Source: Lingula anatina
Taxonomy: Eukaryota > Animalia > Brachiopoda
Direction: 5' to 3'
Assembly: GCA_051362555.1 (NCBI GenBank)
Contig: CM120645.1
Location: 24,022,934 to 24,086,933, forward strand
Length of the DNA stretch: 64,000 nucleotides
Positions 34,901 to 46,062 of this stretch are shown here, one piece after another. The position numbers were made by a program, and so were the translations under genes. The notes beneath the pieces are model-generated. The model searched no databases, was not told the origin of the DNA, and saw nothing but the letters and a program-made list of their open reading frames with translations. Numbering within the stretch: the first letter of the stretch is position 1; every line of letters begins with the position of its first letter.

Positions 34901-37900
34901 AAATCAGATACTTCCTCAGTTACACATTTATGTTAAACTAATCAAAATAAATTAAAGAAATACCTACACAAAAATATTTAATTTGGATGCTTATTGTATG
35001 TTTAAACAATGCTATTACAAAAGTGGAACACATAAAACATAAACAATAATTCAGAAAGAAAAATAAAACAATAACCAGCAATATCAAACAGTCCCATTCC
35101 AAATGAATGTAAGACGCGACCCCTAAAAATAATATTATTAATCAGGGATGAGACCAGTCCTCACTGAAAAGGTAGTATTTACACGATTCACCTGATTTAC
35201 ATGATTCACAAGAATGACCCAAATGACCCTGAAAAAGTCAGAATTCTGACAAAAGTCGGAAAGTCTCATCTGCAATTGATACAAACCTTGGCCACAGCTA
35301 TGAGGTTGAGAGCCTGGAAGGTAAGATGATGTATCACGTGGTTCATGGACTCAGCTACCAACATACTAATATTATTAAAACTAACCTTGGCCACAGCTAT
35401 GAGGTTAAGAGCCTGGAAGGTGAGATGTTGTATCACATGGTTCATGGACTCAGCTACCAGCATACTCTTCCTGTGAAACGTGTGCTCTATGGCCTACAGG
35501 AAAATAGAAGACAGCAAGATGGTGATTTTCACTTACACACTTATATGCTTTTCAAAGGGAGGGGGGAACAAATGAGAATACTGTATACATATTGCAATAA
35601 CTGCTGCATCTTTTTCATATAATTCTGCCTCACACAGCACTTGTCTTACCCGGTATAAAACATTTTAGTTCTATCAGATCACAGTCAATAAAAACCCCTC
35701 TAAACATTAACTTCCACCTACTGGTAGCATTGATGCAGTGTAGTTGTTACTGTTGTTTTTGTTGCTATTACTGTTGCTGTTACTGTTACTGTCAGTGCTG
35801 CTGCCAGCGTATTTCTTCCTTACCTTGAGCAGTTCTACCAGTCTACACAGACTGAGTACCGAGGTCTTGGTCATAGGTTTACTGAGGGCCACATGAAGGT
35901 TCATCACCGTCCTCACCAGGTGGCTGATATTGTGGGCGTATAACACTCCCTGCAAATAACACTGACATCTACACAAAGTAAAACATATTTATCATATTAT
36001 GAAGCTATACAGGGAGAAAAAATTTTAAGGAATTTTTAGCTATATGCCAAACTCAGGCATGCTCTTCTGATACATTAATACACCACACCTAGAGATGTTA
36101 CGTGACTGTGGCAAAAGAAGCTTTATTCAGTTTTAGGGGTGTTTTTTTGGTGAAATGCCAGCACTTTCTCTTGGTATGTATGTCAAATAATACACTGGCA
36201 TCCTCTCTCGAGACCTTGAAAACCTCTCTGACACTCAAGTTGTTCTGGTACATAACATTCAGTTGACAGTGCATTATCTCATTCAAACAGCAGGGGTGGA
36301 TGGAAGCCATCTTCCGGGTATTCTGGAAGACAGTCTGAATTCTTCCAAGTTTACCTTGATGGGAATATAATTTTTTCTGTCAGAAATTGATCAAAAATGG
36401 AGAATGGATGATTTGAAAGACTGTCTGTCAGAAAATCTCTGGAACTGTACCTGCATACCTGAATGAAGAGACTACTCCTCTGATTGAGGTCCTCCATTAA
36501 AGAGCTGGCTTTCTCCAAGTAAGACTCCATCTGTACCATCCAGGCACTGACCTGAACATCAAACGCATGCACGTCTCTGGAAGAACACAAATTATTATAT
36601 ATATTTCTCTTCAGGATTGCAAAAAAAAAAAAAAAAATCACAAATATTTCTTTAAAGGAAAACAAAATATCTTTTTTATATGGTTTGTTGTTTATTTGGT
36701 TCAAAAATCAAGGCTATGTATTTTTTTGTTAATATTAAACACAGTATTTTTTGGTTGAAAGATGTCAGTCAGTACCAAGGTTTCAGAAAAAAAACTGAAC
36801 AAAGAACATTAAGATGAGAAAATGCAGATTACTTCAGATAGATAATTAATTCTTCACATTTTTAAACTAGGAAATGCTTAAATCAATAAGTTAAATCAAA
36901 AACTAATTTAAATTTATTTCAGCCAAGGATATCAATGTACCAGTTGGAGCTTAGTGTTGTTTACTTACCTCTGTAAGTTCTGTGACTTCTGCTGTAGCCA
37001 GGCCTGTCTATGTGATGGTACTGCCTGCTGTACCTTCCTATCCAGAGCTCTGGCCATGTGGGGTAACTTCTGGGTCAGGAAATCATTGGAATACCACACA
37101 ACATTACCTACCAGAGACACTGCAGGGACCTTGAGAAAGATTCGAAATAAGATTTAAAATTCATACCACGGCTATATGGGGAAATTTATGTATGAATTAA
37201 TTGCTATATCTTTTCATGTTGCAAACCAAAGAAATCTACTCAAAATGAATAATATAGCTTTTAGTGGATAACAATGATATATTTTACCCCCAAACAAAAT
37301 CAATATTATTTCCTAGAAAATGATTTTATTCTTCTAAATCAATACAAACATAGACAAATACTGATAGCCATGAATGACAAACCTTTTTATAGACATCCCA
37401 CATTTGCTTGAAGACTTTCTTATCAATGACCCTGAAGATCTGGAAGTGGAGAACATAGAGCCCACAGACACCCACAAACTTCAGTCTCTGGTCAGTCTCT
37501 GAAGTCTCGCCTGGAAGAAGACGACAGAATGAAACATTTGTAGTAAAAACAACAGTGAATTCACAATTTTTGAATTGAGTAAGTTCTCATATTCAGGGAC
37601 AACTTTGTACATTACCTAGGCCAGGTACTGATTGATTTAGGCAGGTTGTGATGGGTAAACCTAGCATATAAGGTTCCACTTGGTTCAGGTAGGTTCTGAC
37701 ATTGACAGTAAACCTAGCATATTACCTAGTCTAGGTTCCACTTGGTTCAGGTAGGTTCTGACAATGACAGTAAACCTAGCATATTACCTAGTCTAGGTTC
37801 CACTTGGTTCAGGTAGGTTCTGACATTGACAGTAAACCTAGCATATTACCTAGTCTAGGTTCCACTTGGTTCAGGTAGGTTCTGACATTGACAGTTAACC

Positions 37901-40900
37901 TAGCAAATAACCTAGTCTAGGTTCCACTTGGTTCAGGTATGTTCTGACATTGACAGTAAACCTAGCATATTACCTAGTCTAGGTTCCACTTGGTTCAGGT
38001 AGGTTCTGACATTGACAGCAAACCTAGCATATTACCTAGTCTAGGTTTCACTTGGTTCAGGTAGGTTCTGACATTGACGGTAAACCTAGCATATTACCTA
38101 GTCTAGTTTCCACTTGGTTCAAGTAGGTTCTGACATTGACAGTAAACCTAGCATATTACCTAGTCTAGGTTCCACTTGGCTCAGGTAGGTTCTAACATTG
38201 AGGGCAAACTCCTCAGCAAACATGCCATTCTTGGACACCTGCACAGTCCTGTCATCAAACTGCTGCTCCACACAGTTCTGCAATCAGTCAGTTATGTGGG
38301 TTATTACACTGTTCAAAGCTGCTTACTTTGTGCCTAATTGCAAATGTGTTATATGATTTAGGCATGGAGTTATTAAATAGATGCAGTTAAAATATTGTAA
38401 TGAGTTTGGGCAGATTTTTATAATTGTCTCAGAAAAAATTTGTAAATTAAAGAGGATTATAATGATTATCTCCAAAATACACAAAAAAAAAGGTTTCAGC
38501 GAGATACCTTTTACACTTTCTTTACCTGGAAGATCATCCCATCTAACAGCTGTCCTTCCAGCCTCATCAGCAGCTTCTCAAATGGCCGCAGCTTGTCATC
38601 TGTGAACCCAAACTTGGTAGGGTTATGGTGGACTGACTTCAACATCCTTCATATTAATATATACAAATATTACAACAGAAATAGCATGAATAAAAACCAT
38701 CTAACATGACCATATCAACAAGCATAGTCAGACACAGGATAGTAACACTCTTTGTAGAACATATCAGCTTCTACTTCAAAAAGTGAAAAACATTATTTCT
38801 CAATGATTACTACTTTATTTCTTTTTATGAAAAATGCTAAACCATGGTTGAAAAGATAAAAGTGGATATCACATCTCAATATAATTGGCTGTACAGACTT
38901 CAATATAAACTGAGCCAGTATGAGATACCTTTTGTACAAAGTCCAGTGTTCCTTCAGTGTCTCGTGGCTCTCCACTATCTCATCCAGAGTAACAAGGACA
39001 GACAGGAGGTCCCCCAGGTGTTCATACACAATCTGGAGGATAGAACAGATTCTGAAGGTCATCATAGGGTCATCTGAAGGTAATAGGGTCATCTGAAGGT
39101 CATCAGAACAGCGGACTAACAGATCCAGGGGTCAAATATGGCAAGTCACTACAAAGCTTGCCGCTTAATTCCCGATTAGGCATTGAATAGATTCCCAACA
39201 GGGATTACGCAACGAGCATTCAAGTGGGTCGGCCAAATTTGACACGCAGATCTGTTAGTCCTTTGTTTCGAATGCGCTCAAAAATAATGTATATTTAGGA
39301 AATGTTAGTCTGTGCATTTATTTCTCATGTAAATCCAAAGAAAAGAGGTAAGAGGATGGCAATATAGATCGAAGGACTAAGAAACTGTCCTTGAGACATT
39401 TTTTATTAACATTTAAAATGTTCAAATAAACAAGAGTAGAGTGGTAGCTGCACCCCATAGGTCAATATATTAAGGCCATCATCTAACTGATATGAACTGT
39501 CACCACTCACCTGAAGGTGTACCTCTGTAACATCAATAACCTTGGGTCCAGATCTGAAATAACAAGATTAGGATAAAATTAACAACCATATATATTTCAC
39601 CAGCCATAAATCATTTACAAAATGTACTCTCATTCCACCTTGTTTTTTTTCTTGATATTTTATTTTATAGTGGTCATAGCTCATAATTGTCACAACTGTA
39701 TTTTATTTGGATATATTACTGGGTTTTCATCTATCAATGACTGCACTGAATGAGTCTTTGTTCATTATTTCTGTGTCTGTCTACAAGAAAGGATACTGGT
39801 CAGACAATTAACAGAATTCAATCCAACAGCTATTGACCAATAAGAAACTAAACTGATCATGGTCTTACTGTTACCTGACATGAATGAAAACTTAACAGAC
39901 TCCGATGAAATCAGTGATTTCTCCGTTATTCAAACCCATCAAAGTCCAGTTCACACTGACCTGTTATACCAGTATACACTGACCTGTTACACCAGTTCAC
40001 ACTGACCTGTTACACCAGTTCACACTGACCTGTTATACCAGTTCACACTGACCTGTTACACCAGTTCACACTGACCTGTTACACCAGTTCACACTGACCT
40101 GTTATACAGTGACGACAGCTGCTGAATGACACTCCTCACAACTTCATAACTACGATTCACAAAACAAGATAATTCCTGAAATCAAAAAGCAAACACCTTT
40201 ATATCTGTCTTGGTTATTTTCTCTGGATGAAAACGATGACCTTTTTTAGGACCACATTCAGCACAGCAATAAGCTGTAACACAAGGGGTGATGGCTGGTC
40301 TGAAAGTAACACAGACTTTTTAACTTTTAAGACACAATGCAACCTGGCATCTGTTGACATAAGTCATGGCCACTTCTGGTTAAAATATACTTAACATACC
40401 TTCCCTGCAAGAAAAGTAATTTTCCTCACCTGTATCAAAGGTAACATTCTTCCCATTTGTATCTGCACCTCTCCTTCATCAAGACCAGTTTCTGGCTCTA
40501 TAAAAAGTTATACATAAATATAATTCAACCGAAATTGAAAATGCATTATTCTATAAAGAATTGTATTTTGCCTTATCATTTGTATTTTTCTGTCAATTGC
40601 TTCTTTATTTGTAATACTACTACAAAGTGTTAATTCAATTTTCATTGCAATAATCTGACTGTAACCAGAATAACCCATACAATAAGAACTTTGCTTGTTA
40701 TGACATAAGTAAAAGTATGTGTGAAACATACAGCATTCTCATTCTTCATTTCATGATAAAAGTTGCCAGATTAAAATCTCTCATATCTCATTCTTTAAAC
40801 AGATAAAAACTGTTCCCACATGTCCACCTTACCTCCCTCTCCATAGAACATCAGCGCATTATAGAACTTGGTCTCTGCCTCGTACTTCAGATGTCTCATC

Positions 40901-41996
40901 TCATTGCACAGCGCGGCAAACACTGTGATCACCTTGTTCAGCACTTTGTTGTCTGTCTTGATAAGCTGTAGGAGGGACGTCTGCTCATAGGGAAGGAACT
41001 AGAACAAAAATCATAGGAATATTGGCTTATGTTTCACAACACATTCACTGGTCTCAAATTCAAAATAATGTCTTCATATGGAAGGAACTAGACCAAAAAT
41101 CAAAGGAAAATTGTCTTTCTCTCAAAACTCACTGGAGATAGCCTTAATATGTGTGCAAACATGTTGGTGCTGCAACAGCAGGATTTGTTTGGTAAAACAG
41201 TTATCAAAGTAGACATGTAGTGACTATTAAAATCACAGTCTTATAATTTCTACCCTACCACCGTTTGTGAACTGCACCTATAGTGATAGGGGGTCCAGGG
41301 TCATATCCCAGGCATACCCCATCCCTACCACCTGTCTGTGCCTGTTACCTGTAATGATATGGGGTCCGTGGCATACCCCCCACCCCCCATCTGCCAGCTA
41401 TACCTGTAGTGATATGGGATCCAGGGTCATATCCCAGGCATCTCCTATGGAGTCATCCAAGGCGTCCTCGATCTCCTTCAGCTGAGTAGCATACTCTTCC
41501 AGAAACTTGCCATACTTCTTCAGTTGAACCTCTCCAACAATTCCTAACAACAAATTGACAAGAGTCAACAGAAGTATTCAAAGTTATCTACAGGAAGACC
41601 TATATAATAAATCCCTTCTTTCACCACAATATAAAATGTTTCATATGGAACGTTTCATAGTGGAATTAGGTTCCAGTATTTAGTTGAAATGAGTACCTGT
41701 ATTAGGTCATAAGCAACGCGGCCTCTACAGAACAAATCCGCAGATATTCGCATTGAATGTAAACATAAATACAGAACCTTCACTTTTCCACATTTCCTGT
41801 CTTCTCCTGTGCCCGAAGTTTCCTTCCATATTATTCATATCGATTTGTCTGTTTACAAAGCTGCATAAGCTCACTTATAATATCGAAGTGCCTAGTATAC
41901 ATAGCAAGGGATATATATTATTTTCACGATAAACTTACGTAAAGATCCATCATCAAATTTGTCAAACTTCCAATCGTCGTCTGTGGACGTCGCCAT
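22978..41996 (-). CDS. WASHC4: WASH complex subunit 4 (SWIP/KIAA1033), 33 coding exons, about 1199 aa
   Basis: Exons: 41939-41996, 41404-41543, 40833-40998, 40430-40497, 40099-40175, 39511-39553, 38929-39032, 38526-38646, 38160-38277, 37383-37510, 36969-37129, 36459-36576, 35824-35949, 35386-35493, 34620-34766, 34279-34358, 33718-33823, 33239-33355, 32770-32938, 32143-32297, 31771-31845, 30888-30992, 30358-30492, 29921-30029, 29569-29722, 29334-29397, 29029-29112, 28627-28723, 28291-28385, 27885-27986, 26111-26216, 25841-25903, 22978-23078 (3600 nt, phases consistent). Recognised motifs include [72 protein letters not shown] and [14 protein letters not shown]. The last two exons are less certain. 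Confidence 0.97.
23484..23703 (-). mobile_element. MITE family A, copy 2
   Basis: Reverse complement of 11175-11389, located in the last WASHC4 intron. Confidence 0.85.
25105..25335. repeat. Direct tandem duplication of about 120 bp
   Basis: gtgaaagttacaaaacagcaaataaaaccaggaaaaatg occurs at about 25129 and about 25249. Confidence 0.8.
29841..29975 (-). repeat. Decayed duplicate of WASHC4 exon 24 3' end and donor
   Basis: About 29841-29907 aligns to about 29914-29975. Confidence 0.8.
30759..30919 (-). repeat. 55-bp x3 repeat spanning the WASHC4 exon 22 donor
   Basis: ACCACT|GTAAGC junction at 30888, 30833 and 30778. Confidence 0.92.
35281..35467 (-). repeat. 99-bp-period duplicate of WASHC4 exon 14 3' end and donor
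   Basis: 81-nt copy at 35287-35367 ending in AAG|GTTTGT. Confidence 0.92.
36291..36453 (+). mobile_element. MITE family B, diverged copy abutting the WASHC4 exon 12 donor
   Basis: caggggtgga...ttctggaagac...ttttttctgtc...caaaaat...gactgtc...gaaaat aligns with 17825-17991. Confidence 0.65.
37610..38201 (-). repeat. 62-bp minisatellite, about 9 copies plus a degenerate distal copy, spanning the WASHC4 exon 9 donor
   Basis: The unit is the last ~41 nt of the exon plus GTAATATGCTAGGTTTACT; cacttgg recurs every 62 bp from 37677 to 38173. Confidence 0.95.
39105..39269. mobile_element. MITE-like element with inverted arms
   Basis: ggactaacagatc..gtcaaatatggc pairs with gccaaatttgac..gatctgttagtcc. 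Confidence 0.6.
39946..40106 (-). repeat. 23-bp x7 repeat spanning the WASHC4 exon 5 donor
   Basis: Unit ccagttcacactgacctgtta(c/t)a; each copy reads AACAG|GTCAGT on the - strand. Confidence 0.95.
40984..41135 (-). repeat. Decayed duplicate of the WASHC4 exon 3 acceptor
   Basis: ggaaggaactagaccaaaaatcaaaggaa (about 41080) matches ggaaggaactagaacaaaaatcataggaa (40991). Confidence 0.75.
41275..41442 (-). repeat. Two degenerate copies of WASHC4 exon 2 3' end and donor
   Basis: acct(a/g)ta(g/a)tgata..gg.tcc occurs at about 41276, about 41348 and at the real junction at 41402. Confidence 0.8.
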
Positions 41997-42210
41997 CTTG
42001 AATTACTCCCCGTCACGTGATTGGGTTTGAGAGTAACGCACTCAAAAATATTACATTTTCCAGCAGAGCAAAATCAAATCCGGCTTAACAGTAACTTAAA
42101 ATGAAATAAACATAAATTTTTGTCATTTTGATATAATAACCGTTTGTGTTGCTAATGATAAGGGCAGAATGCCACAGAGCACTGACAGAGAATTAAGTCG
42201 GTCATGTGAC
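41990..42210 (-). promoter_or_regulatory. WASHC4 promoter: YY1-like motif over the ATG and two E-box/CLEAR-like sites
   Basis: CAAGATGGCG (41991-42000, - strand), GTCACGTGA (42012-42020) and GTCATGTGAC (42201-42210). Confidence 0.5.
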
Positions 42211-45200
42211 GCCCCTCAATGGGGGGGGGGAGGTGCCGTGACTTGACTATTGAGTTTCGGTGTAACTTTGCTAACCAGGGTAGCAACATATTTTAACTTA
42301 CAATATTTAAAAGTTTCTGTTTGACAAATCAAATGCAAACAGTTCTAACAGACCTGCTTAGGGTTAGAAAGACTAGCAACGCCAGACGTTTTATTCGTCC
42401 GAGGTAGACAAGAACAGGCATTAAGAATAATTTATGTACGTTTTTTATTTTCCCTCTTCACAATTTTTATTTTTAAAAGACAAATCTTAGGGTACCTGCT
42501 TTAGACAAATGCGCCATCTAAGAGGCAAGTTTGTTTTTTTAATTACGACGCAACCACTGGCTCGCGCTGCCAGTAATTACGCCGCGGTACATTCAGGGCA
42601 CAGACCGTGATCACAAGATATACCGCGAATAGAAAATAGATTTTTAGAAAATAGACTTTCCATGTGAACGAAGCCTTAGTTGGATCAAGGAGTTTCAACT
42701 GTTGAAACTCCTTGGTTCGATCCCAACGAAAATTTCTTAATGATCTGCAGCTGGAAAATAGGTCTGGATACAATGATTTCAATAAAATGAAGCGATATTG
42801 TAAAACTAGATAGGGCCTATCGATGGAAAATCGTCAGCAAAATTATTTTCTTCCGATATCGTGAGGAGTGCTTTCAATTTATGTAAGGACAGTGATGTTA
42901 CACTGTTAGTAAAAGCCAAATGAGAGCCCCGTTAATTTACTTCTTGTTGTTACATGATTGACATTTGATAAATGACATTTACATTCCAATTAAAAAAAAA
43001 GCTCTATGCAGCCCACATGCCAGACGTAATTATGAGATTTCAAGAAACTCCCCACTATCTATTTCAGCACGACTCTGCCGTGTCCACTAAGGTTCACGGA
43101 TATACCCCGGTACATGCCACTTTAAAGTAGTCTCTGAAAGTTTTGGTGCTGCCAGCAGATACGAAAATGACAGTCAAAATAAAAAAAGTAAAGTAAAATG
43201 CACTGTGCTTAAAGATTATGTTATTCAAACTGATTTTATAACAGAGGTCGTTTAATTAACGAGAGGCGTTCTTTGTTTTTCCCTTTTATATTTAATCATG
43301 TCTTCGTTATGGAAACATGATCGTTATCTTATCATATTAGGAAAGGCAGTTTCGTAACACTACTCCCCATTGTTAGCGGTAAATAAAAGAGAAAGTTTAA
43401 AGTGACGATATAAAACAAAGCAGCCCGTTAGTAGGCTACAATGTGATTTTTTAAAAATATATTGATATAGGCCCACGTCCAAACAGATAAAGTGAACAAT
43501 GCTTTTCGACAATTCTGACAAATGACAATAGCCTTTCTTTGTCAGAGAAATTGGTACCAAAAAAGAAAGAAAGAAAAAGAAAAAAAGAGGGAATACAGAC
43601 ACGTTAGCTATTCTGGGATTATATCGCTGAGTTTGAAAAATGATCATGTTTCGATTCAATACAGCAAACCCCCAGGTTGGAATTTGATCACTTCCAATTA
43701 ATTCTCCGATCCAGCCCTCTGCACTGACTACCTCCGCTGTAACTTTATACCTTACAAAACATTGTAATTGGACATTTTAATCTTTAGTTTTAATACGGTT
43801 TCTTTTCAATTAAAAATTATCATCACTTTGTAGTTTCTTCAGAACATATTTAAAATAAATATCAATTATTTTTATTTATTCTCTTAGTTTGAATATTACG
43901 GTGTACACAATTGCTGTATAATGCTTAATGACAACTTGGTATAGTCACATACATTTACACTGTACACAAACAGCTGTAGAAAGCGGGGCAAGGATTTTAT
44001 TTTTTAAAGAAAGCCGAAAGATATTTACGGGAAAGCAATATATTCGATTCACTTTTTACAGCTGCATCATTAGAAGTGTTTAAAATTGCGCCATAGCGGC
44101 TTGGAATGGGCGTGCCGCAGAAGAAGATATTTTGATATTAAAATAGATTAGATGGACTTACAGATTCGCCCAGAAGGAATGGTGGGGTTGGATCTTCCCT
44201 TTCTTAGAAGCATTTATTTGGAAAGAGTTGCGTTCAAAACCGAAATTTAAAGATTATGAACGATGCTATTCACCCTTCAAATGAACTTATATATATTTCT
44301 GCTAAGCAGCCTTTATTTTCAGAGGGATTTTAGGTAATTCTACGAATTACTTTTAACTCCTCTTTCTACTTTCGTCGGCTTTATTTTATTTGATTTCGTC
44401 CTTTTTAAACCCGAGATGATAAAACCATTTCCGTTTTCTGTGTATTATATGTAGACACAATGGGTAAATTAACATTATGATCAATGAACCTACCTAGTGA
44501 GGATTAAATACCATGTAAAATGTATATATTTTGGCGTTCATAAGAATAAGGCTGCAGAAATTTGTTCCTATATTTTTTTAATCATACCATTACAGTATAA
44601 AAGATAGCGTGAATTGCCTCTAAACAGTTAAATAAAGTGGAAAAAATTCTCTTGCCTTGGGTTTCTACGATGGCGCAGGGAGTGGCTTCCATGCAAAAAC
44701 TTGATTGTTATCTGTCTGCGTCAACTGGTCATTTTACTGGGCAGTTAAACGGGCTTCATTCTTTCTTTGACAGAGTAACCAGCCTTAGTCCTGTTATGGT
44801 ATCGAATGGTGCTCTTTACCTGCACAGGTGACGTCTTTTCAACATTTAAACGGACGATCATGTGCCAATTACACTTTCACCGGCTTTTACTATGTCAACA
44901 TTTCTTCATTAAACAATTCCCTGCTTGGCTTGGCTTGGCTTGAGATTTATATGGAATAATTTTGGTATGCAATCAATCTCTTTTTGGCAAAAATATCGTT
45001 TCTTTACGCGCTAGTTCAAGCAAAGGTTGTTCCCTTATTTTTATCTTTCTGGCGCATCTTTATGTATCTCTGTTTCATCTCGGAGTCGTTGAATTTTTTC
45101 CCTGATGGATATATTCTTCCTGCTTTCTTCTGTCAGTGTTTAGTGGAAATTGATTTCCAATTTTTAACAGAAAGAGAAAAAAACATTGAGATGCGACTCG

Positions 45201-45973
45201 CCAACTATTTATCTTCTAAGTTTTTAAAGAAAGAAAAGAAGTAAATCTCTTCAACTTTAATCTATTACTCTTTTTTGTTGTTTCACATTTAAACGGTATT
45301 TTATTTCACTTTTCAAACCAAGTGTAAAAAATTTACGGTAAGAACGATGCCTTCTATCTTATTAAATAACTTTGCCTCGTTTTCATGAATGGTTTTAATT
45401 ACAAACTTTAATAATTAATACTCTTGTTACTTTTTAACGATGAACCATTTTCTTTGTCGGTTGTTATGAAATAAGTCCAACTCGGCCTCAATCTCAGCTT
45501 GGAAAAGCAATACGCATGTTATTTGTCTAACATCTCAGTCACCATTAAGAACGTAACACTTAACCGTGTAGCGCCTCCCACGTCATAAGTTAATAGTAGC
45601 GATCGGAATTACATCTGAGACTTTGTTTTGAAAATTTAATTAGAATAATCATTAGCCTAATCCGGTTGCATGGCTTCCAATTGATAACTCCAATTCATTA
45701 TGCCTCTTTCCCCACCTTAAGTATGAAAGAAAAAGATAAACTGCGTCATTCATACGACAGTCTATGACGGGAGATGCCCAGACATGACAGTGGCGGAACC
45801 CCAGAAATTGGCTTCGAATTACTGATGAAGCCAATTCGATTATCACCACTAACGAGACCTCGTTTAAAAGACGTGGATAACTGACTGTTTGCCGTCACGT
45901 GCTACCGCCATTATCCAATAAAAAGACGTCAAAAGTGTCGCCCACACATCTCGTAGTAAACCAGACCCCTGTT

Positions 45974-45979
45974 TATAAA
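45974..45979 (+). promoter_or_regulatory. Putative TATA box of the homeobox gene
   Basis: TATAAA about 85 bp upstream of ATG 46063, with CCAAT at about 45915 and CACGTG at about 45896. Confidence 0.5.
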
Positions 45980-46062
45980 CTCCGTGCAATTATCAATTTG
46001 GCACTTCATAATTTTATTTCCATTCGATCATCACCTACTAGTGCTATCTCTCTGCTACTGCG

